Sequence record: SRR2962707_2752
DNA length: 50,837 nt
Strand: one strand, 5' to 3'
Both the position numbers and the translations under genes were made by a program. The number at the start of each line of letters is the position of its first letter. The first letter of the stretch is position 1. Shown one piece after another: positions 46,882 to 50,837 of the stretch. The notes beneath the pieces are model-generated. The model had not been told where the DNA came from and ran no database searches. It worked only from the letters and a program-made list of their open reading frames with translations.

Positions 46882-48186
46882 ATGGCAATGCGCTTCCAAA
46901 CAGAGCCGTTCAACGGACCGGAGAATAAACGCGCACTCTGGTCGTGGGCGCTCTACGACTGGGCAAACAGTGCCTTCTTTACGATCATTCTTACTTTTGT
47001 CTTCGCCCAGTACTTCAGCGTCTCAGTGATTCAGGATGAAGTGGCGGGCACGCGGGCATGGGGCAACATCGTTGGTATAGCCGGGGTGGTGATTGCCATA
47101 CTTGCTCCAATTCTCGGTGCTGTTGCCGATCAGTCAGGCCGGCGCAAACCCTGGTTGATCAGTTTTACACTCCTGTGTGTGATTTCGTCGGCCATGTTGT
47201 GGACGGTGACGCCGGATCAGAGTCAGTTCTGGACGGCCGCTCTGTGGGTGGGGTTGGGTACACTTGGGGCTGAGTTCGCTTTCATCTTCTATAACTCGAT
47301 GTTGCCGGATCTGGCTCGGCCGGAGCGTACCGGACGGTGGTCTGGCTGGGCCTGGGGACTGGGTTATGTGGGCGGTATCGCCAGTCTGGTGGTGGCGCTC
47401 TATGGCTTTATCGAAGCGGACGGCACGATTTTTAACCTTGATCGAGACGCCGCAGAGCACGTGCGGGCAACCTTTGTTCTGGTGGCCGTGTGGTATCTGG
47501 TATTTGCCTTGCCGGCGTTCTTTTTTATCCCGGATCGTCCGTCAACCGGTTTGGGTCTGGGGGCGGCGACGCGGGCCGGACTGGCCCAACTGAAACAATC
47601 CATTGCTCATGTACGGCAGTATCGGGACATCGTGCGGTTTCTGATTGCGAGGATGCTGTACACCGATGGCCTGGCGACGATTTTTACCTTTGGTGGCGTC
47701 TACGCTGCCGGCACGTTCAACATGAGTCCCACGGAAGTGCTGCAGTTTGCCATTGCCCTGAACGTCACTGCCGGGCTGGGGGCACTGGGCTTTGCCTGGA
47801 TTGACGATGCCCTGGGTGGTCGCAATACCATCCTGCTGTCGCTGGTGGGCCTGGGCTGCAGTGCGTTCGCAATTCTGGTGGTGGATGGGGCCACCTCGTT
47901 CTGGATATGGGGCATGATTCTGGGCATTTTCGTGGGGCCGCTGCAATCGGCCAGCCGTTCTCATCTGGCCCGTGTGGCCCCGCCGCATCTGCAGACTCAG
48001 ATGTTCGGCTTGTTCGCCTTCTCCGGGAAGGCAACCGCCTTTGCCGGCCCGTTGCTGGTGGGTTTGGTGACGTCGGTTACCGACAGCCAGCGTTGGGGCA
48101 TGAGTACGATCTTGCTGTTCCTGCTGATCGGGTTTGTGCTGATGCTGAAAGTGCCTGCGACTGAGGCCCGAAAAGCGGAGGACTGA
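46882..48186 (+). CDS. MFS transporter (UMF1/ATG22-like)
   Basis: WALYDWANSAF, FYNSMLP, GWAWGLGYVGG, QSASRS. Confidence 0.9.
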   Translation: MAMRFQTEPFNGPENKRALWSWALYDWANSAFFTIILTFVFAQYFSVSVIQDEVAGTRAWGNIVGIAGVVIAILAPILGAVADQSGRRKPWLISFTLLCVISSAMLWTVTPDQSQFWTAALWVGLGTLGAEFAFIFYNSMLPDLARPERTGRWSGWAWGLGYVGGIASLVVALYGFIEADGTIFNLDRDAAEHVRATFVLVAVWYLVFALPAFFFIPDRPSTGLGLGAATRAGLAQLKQSIAHVRQYRDIVRFLIARMLYTDGLATIFTFGGVYAAGTFNMSPTEVLQFAIALNVTAGLGALGFAWIDDALGGRNTILLSLVGLGCSAFAILVVDGATSFWIWGMILGIFVGPLQSASRSHLARVAPPHLQTQMFGLFAFSGKATAFAGPLLVGLVTSVTDSQRWGMSTILLFLLIGFVLMLKVPATEARKAED

Positions 48187-48263
48187 CACGGTATCTGCCC
48201 CAGCTTCGGCTATTCTGATTCATAGCCTTCCCACAACAACAAGATCCTGAGGGGCGTTTTGCC

Positions 48264-50003
48264 ATGGCCAGATATGACTTCATCATCAAGGGCGGCCGCT
48301 ATTTCGACGGCACCGGGGCACTCTCGTTTACCCGCAACCTCGCCATCAAGGATGGCCGGGTTGTCCGTGTGACGGCCGATCCGATTCCTCATGACGATGC
48401 CGAGCGCGTTATCGATGCCTCCGGGCTTTGGGTGATGCCAGGTTTTCTCGATACCCACACGCACTACGATGCCGAACTGCTGGTAAGCCCAAGCCTCTCG
48501 GAATCTGTGCGTCACGGCGTGACAACCGTGCTGGTGGGGAGCTGCTCCTTGAGCATGGTGTGCAGCGACTACGAGGATGCCTCGGATATCTTTACACGGG
48601 TCGAGACCGTACCCAGGGAGCGGGTGTTGCCAATTCTGAAAGCTCACAAGACCTGGTCGACGCCGCGTCAATGGGTGGAACATCTTCGTCAGGTTCCTCT
48701 GGGCCCAAACATTATCAGCTTTCTCGGACACAGTGATTTGCGGGTGGGGGTGATGGGGCTCAGTCGGGCAACGGATCTCTCAACACAGCCTACCGAGGAA
48801 GAGTTGAAAACCATGGAACGCTTGTTGAAGGAAGCATTGGATGAGGGCTTCCTGGGACTTTCGACCATGTGTCTGAAGTGGGACAAGGTGGATGGCGACC
48901 GTGAGTGGTCCAAAAGCCTGCCCAGCACCTATGCACGCTGGAGCGAGATTGCGCGCCTGAACAAACTGGTGCGGGCCTACAACCGCGTGCATCAGGGGGC
49001 GCCCAATGCGGCCACGCCATTACAGATCCTTCAGTACGTGCGTGAATGTCTGGGGTGGTTGCGCCAACCGCTCAAGACAACACTGATCAGTCAGATGGAT
49101 CTCAAAGGCAGCGCTTACCTGACCAATCTGACCAAACTGACCTCGCGGGTGACAAATGCGCTTCGGGGCGACTTCCGTTGGCAGGTATTGCCGACGCCCT
49201 TCACCGTGTATGCCGATGGCATTGATGTCGTGTTCTTCGAGGAGTTTGGCGCCGGTGAGATGGCGCTGGACCTGAAAGATGCGGTGGAACGCAATGATCT
49301 CCTGAAAGACGAGTCGTACCGTCGACAATTCCGGAAGTTCTATGGTGAGAAGCTCAGCCCCCGGGTGTGGCAAAGGGATTTCGGTGATGCCATGATTATC
49401 GACTGCCCGGATGCAGCCCTGATCGGCAAGAATTTCGAAGAGGTGGCCAGGGCCCGTGGTGTGCATGTCGTCGATCTGTTCCTGGATCTGGTGGTGGAGT
49501 TCGGCAGGAATATTCGTTGGTACACCACCGTCGGGAACCATCGAAAACAGGTACTCAAACGCCTGGTGAAAGACCCCCGATCGTTGATTACCTTCAGTGA
49601 TGCCGGCGCCCATATTCGGAATATGGCGTTCTACAACCTGCCACTGCGCATGCTCAAGCTCGTTCATGAGTCTATCAATGACGGAGACCCCATCATGACC
49701 ATGGAGCAGGCCGTACATCGGCTGACGGGAGATCAGGCCGACTGGTTCGGTGTGGATGCGGGCAAGATTCGTGAAGGGGACCGCGCCGATGTTGTGGTTA
49801 TTGATCCGGCGGGGTTCAATCAGGACCTTGAGCAGGTGCACTGGGGCGAGATGGAAAACTTTGAACTGCAGCGTTTGGTCAATCGCAATCCCGGCATTGT
49901 AAAAACGGTTCTGATCAACGGACGGCTGGCGGTCGACGACGAGGAATTCTCGCCGTCATTCGGTCGTGAAATGGGCTATGGACAGTTTATCCCGGCGAGG
50001 TAA
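48264..50003 (+). CDS. N-acyl-D-amino-acid deacylase family amidohydrolase
   Basis: MPGFLDTHTHYD, RHGVTTV, FSDAGAH, GDRADVVVID. Confidence 0.88.
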   Translation: MARYDFIIKGGRYFDGTGALSFTRNLAIKDGRVVRVTADPIPHDDAERVIDASGLWVMPGFLDTHTHYDAELLVSPSLSESVRHGVTTVLVGSCSLSMVCSDYEDASDIFTRVETVPRERVLPILKAHKTWSTPRQWVEHLRQVPLGPNIISFLGHSDLRVGVMGLSRATDLSTQPTEEELKTMERLLKEALDEGFLGLSTMCLKWDKVDGDREWSKSLPSTYARWSEIARLNKLVRAYNRVHQGAPNAATPLQILQYVRECLGWLRQPLKTTLISQMDLKGSAYLTNLTKLTSRVTNALRGDFRWQVLPTPFTVYADGIDVVFFEEFGAGEMALDLKDAVERNDLLKDESYRRQFRKFYGEKLSPRVWQRDFGDAMIIDCPDAALIGKNFEEVARARGVHVVDLFLDLVVEFGRNIRWYTTVGNHRKQVLKRLVKDPRSLITFSDAGAHIRNMAFYNLPLRMLKLVHESINDGDPIMTMEQAVHRLTGDQADWFGVDAGKIREGDRADVVVIDPAGFNQDLEQVHWGEMENFELQRLVNRNPGIVKTVLINGRLAVDDEEFSPSFGREMGYGQFIPAR

Positions 50004-50014
50004 TTAATCAGGTT

Positions 50015-50722
50015 ATGGCCAAGGCCTCTTTTGCTAGAAAGTCACTGCGGCTGATGTTCTGGGTAGTTGTAGCCGCACTGGTGCTGATGTTTTCAATTAT
50101 CCTGCTGTTCAGGTTCGTGAACCCTCCGACCTCGGCCTTCATGCTGGGTTATCAGATGGGTGATGCCCGCGAGCCTTTGCAGCACGAATGGGTGCCAATA
50201 TCTGAGGTATCCGAATGGATGGCGCTGGCGGTGATCGCCAGTGAAGACCAGCGATTTCCGGAGCACCACGGGGTTGATTTCAAGGCTGTTCATAAGGCGG
50301 TCTCTGAATATCAGGCTGGAGAGGGCTTGCGAGGTGCCAGTACCATCACGCAGCAAACGGCCAAGAATCTGTTTCTCTGGAATGATCGAAGCTTTGTCCG
50401 AAAAGCCATCGAGGCGGGTCTGGCACTGGCAATTGATGCGATCTGGCCTAAACAGCGGATTCTTGAAGTCTATCTGAACATCGCAGAATTCGGACCGGGC
50501 ATCTACGGTGTACAGGCAGCCAGCCGCGCCTACTACCGAATTCCGGCGGGCGTGCTGTCGCCACTCCAGGCTGCACATCTCGCTGCAGTCCTTCCTAACC
50601 CGAACGTGTTGAGCGTGCTTTCGCCCACGCCTTACGTTCAGGAACGAGTGGCCTGGATTGAGGGGCAGATGGCTCGGCTATCGAGGGCGGGGTATCTCGC
50701 CGAAATCAACGCTGGCAGGTAA
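50015..50722 (+). CDS. mtgA: Monofunctional peptidoglycan transglycosylase
   Basis: ASEDQRF, RGASTITQQTAKNLFL, RKAIE, KQRILEVYLN, LAAVLPNP. Confidence 0.94.
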   Translation: MAKASFARKSLRLMFWVVVAALVLMFSIILLFRFVNPPTSAFMLGYQMGDAREPLQHEWVPISEVSEWMALAVIASEDQRFPEHHGVDFKAVHKAVSEYQAGEGLRGASTITQQTAKNLFLWNDRSFVRKAIEAGLALAIDAIWPKQRILEVYLNIAEFGPGIYGVQAASRAYYRIPAGVLSPLQAAHLAAVLPNPNVLSVLSPTPYVQERVAWIEGQMARLSRAGYLAEINAGR

Positions 50723-50743
50723 TGCCAAACCGTTGTTGAAGGT

Positions 50744-50836
50744 TCACCGGCTCTTTGATGAGTGGGCCTCGCTCCGGCACTGGGAGGGTGTCATACCAAA
50801 CCGGGCTTTGAATGCCCGGCTGAACTGGCTGGCGTC
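50744..50836 (-). CDS. C-terminal end of an AraC-family regulator (partial)
   Basis: Manual translation DASQFSRAFKARFGMTPSQCR...*. Confidence 0.8.
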   Translation of the reverse strand, partial: DASQFSRAFKARFGMTPSQCRSEAHSSKSR

Positions 50837-50837
50837 G

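Noticed and set aside
1-50837. GGATCC avoidance as evidence of long residence of the R-M system
   Set aside because: At least four sites were seen and I cannot count reliably by eye; needs a computed observed/expected ratio

Overview
Chromosomal region of a GC-rich gammaproteobacterium; the gene content looks Marinobacter-like, which is my inference. It opens with the end of a urease cluster (ureG, ureJ). A visibly AT-richer insert follows (~960-5450) that looks like a small defence island. It carries a BamHI-like type II restriction-modification system (endonuclease, controller with a variant C-box, HTH-extended methyltransferase) and a translationally coupled ParA-like ATPase plus stand-alone SIR2 NADase pair. 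That pair is the best candidate here for an uncharacterised anti-phage system. Next comes a decayed zone (~5380-7570) with a gene remnant, an 18-bp inverted-repeat pair around an orphan ParD antitoxin, an internally deleted Na/Ca antiporter and a disrupted DCC thiol-oxidoreductase. The remaining ~43 kb is mostly ordinary metabolic, stress and regulatory genes: trxC, LOG, MntA-HepT, choX with a BetI-type box, slyD, yebG with a LexA-type box, radD, ada-like, a beta-helix lipoprotein plus diheme cytochrome, MocR, eutBC, PAS-MCP, diguanylate cyclase and mtgA. I saw no tRNA, rRNA, CRISPR array, integrase or transposase. All family calls come from reading motifs by eye; no database search was run.
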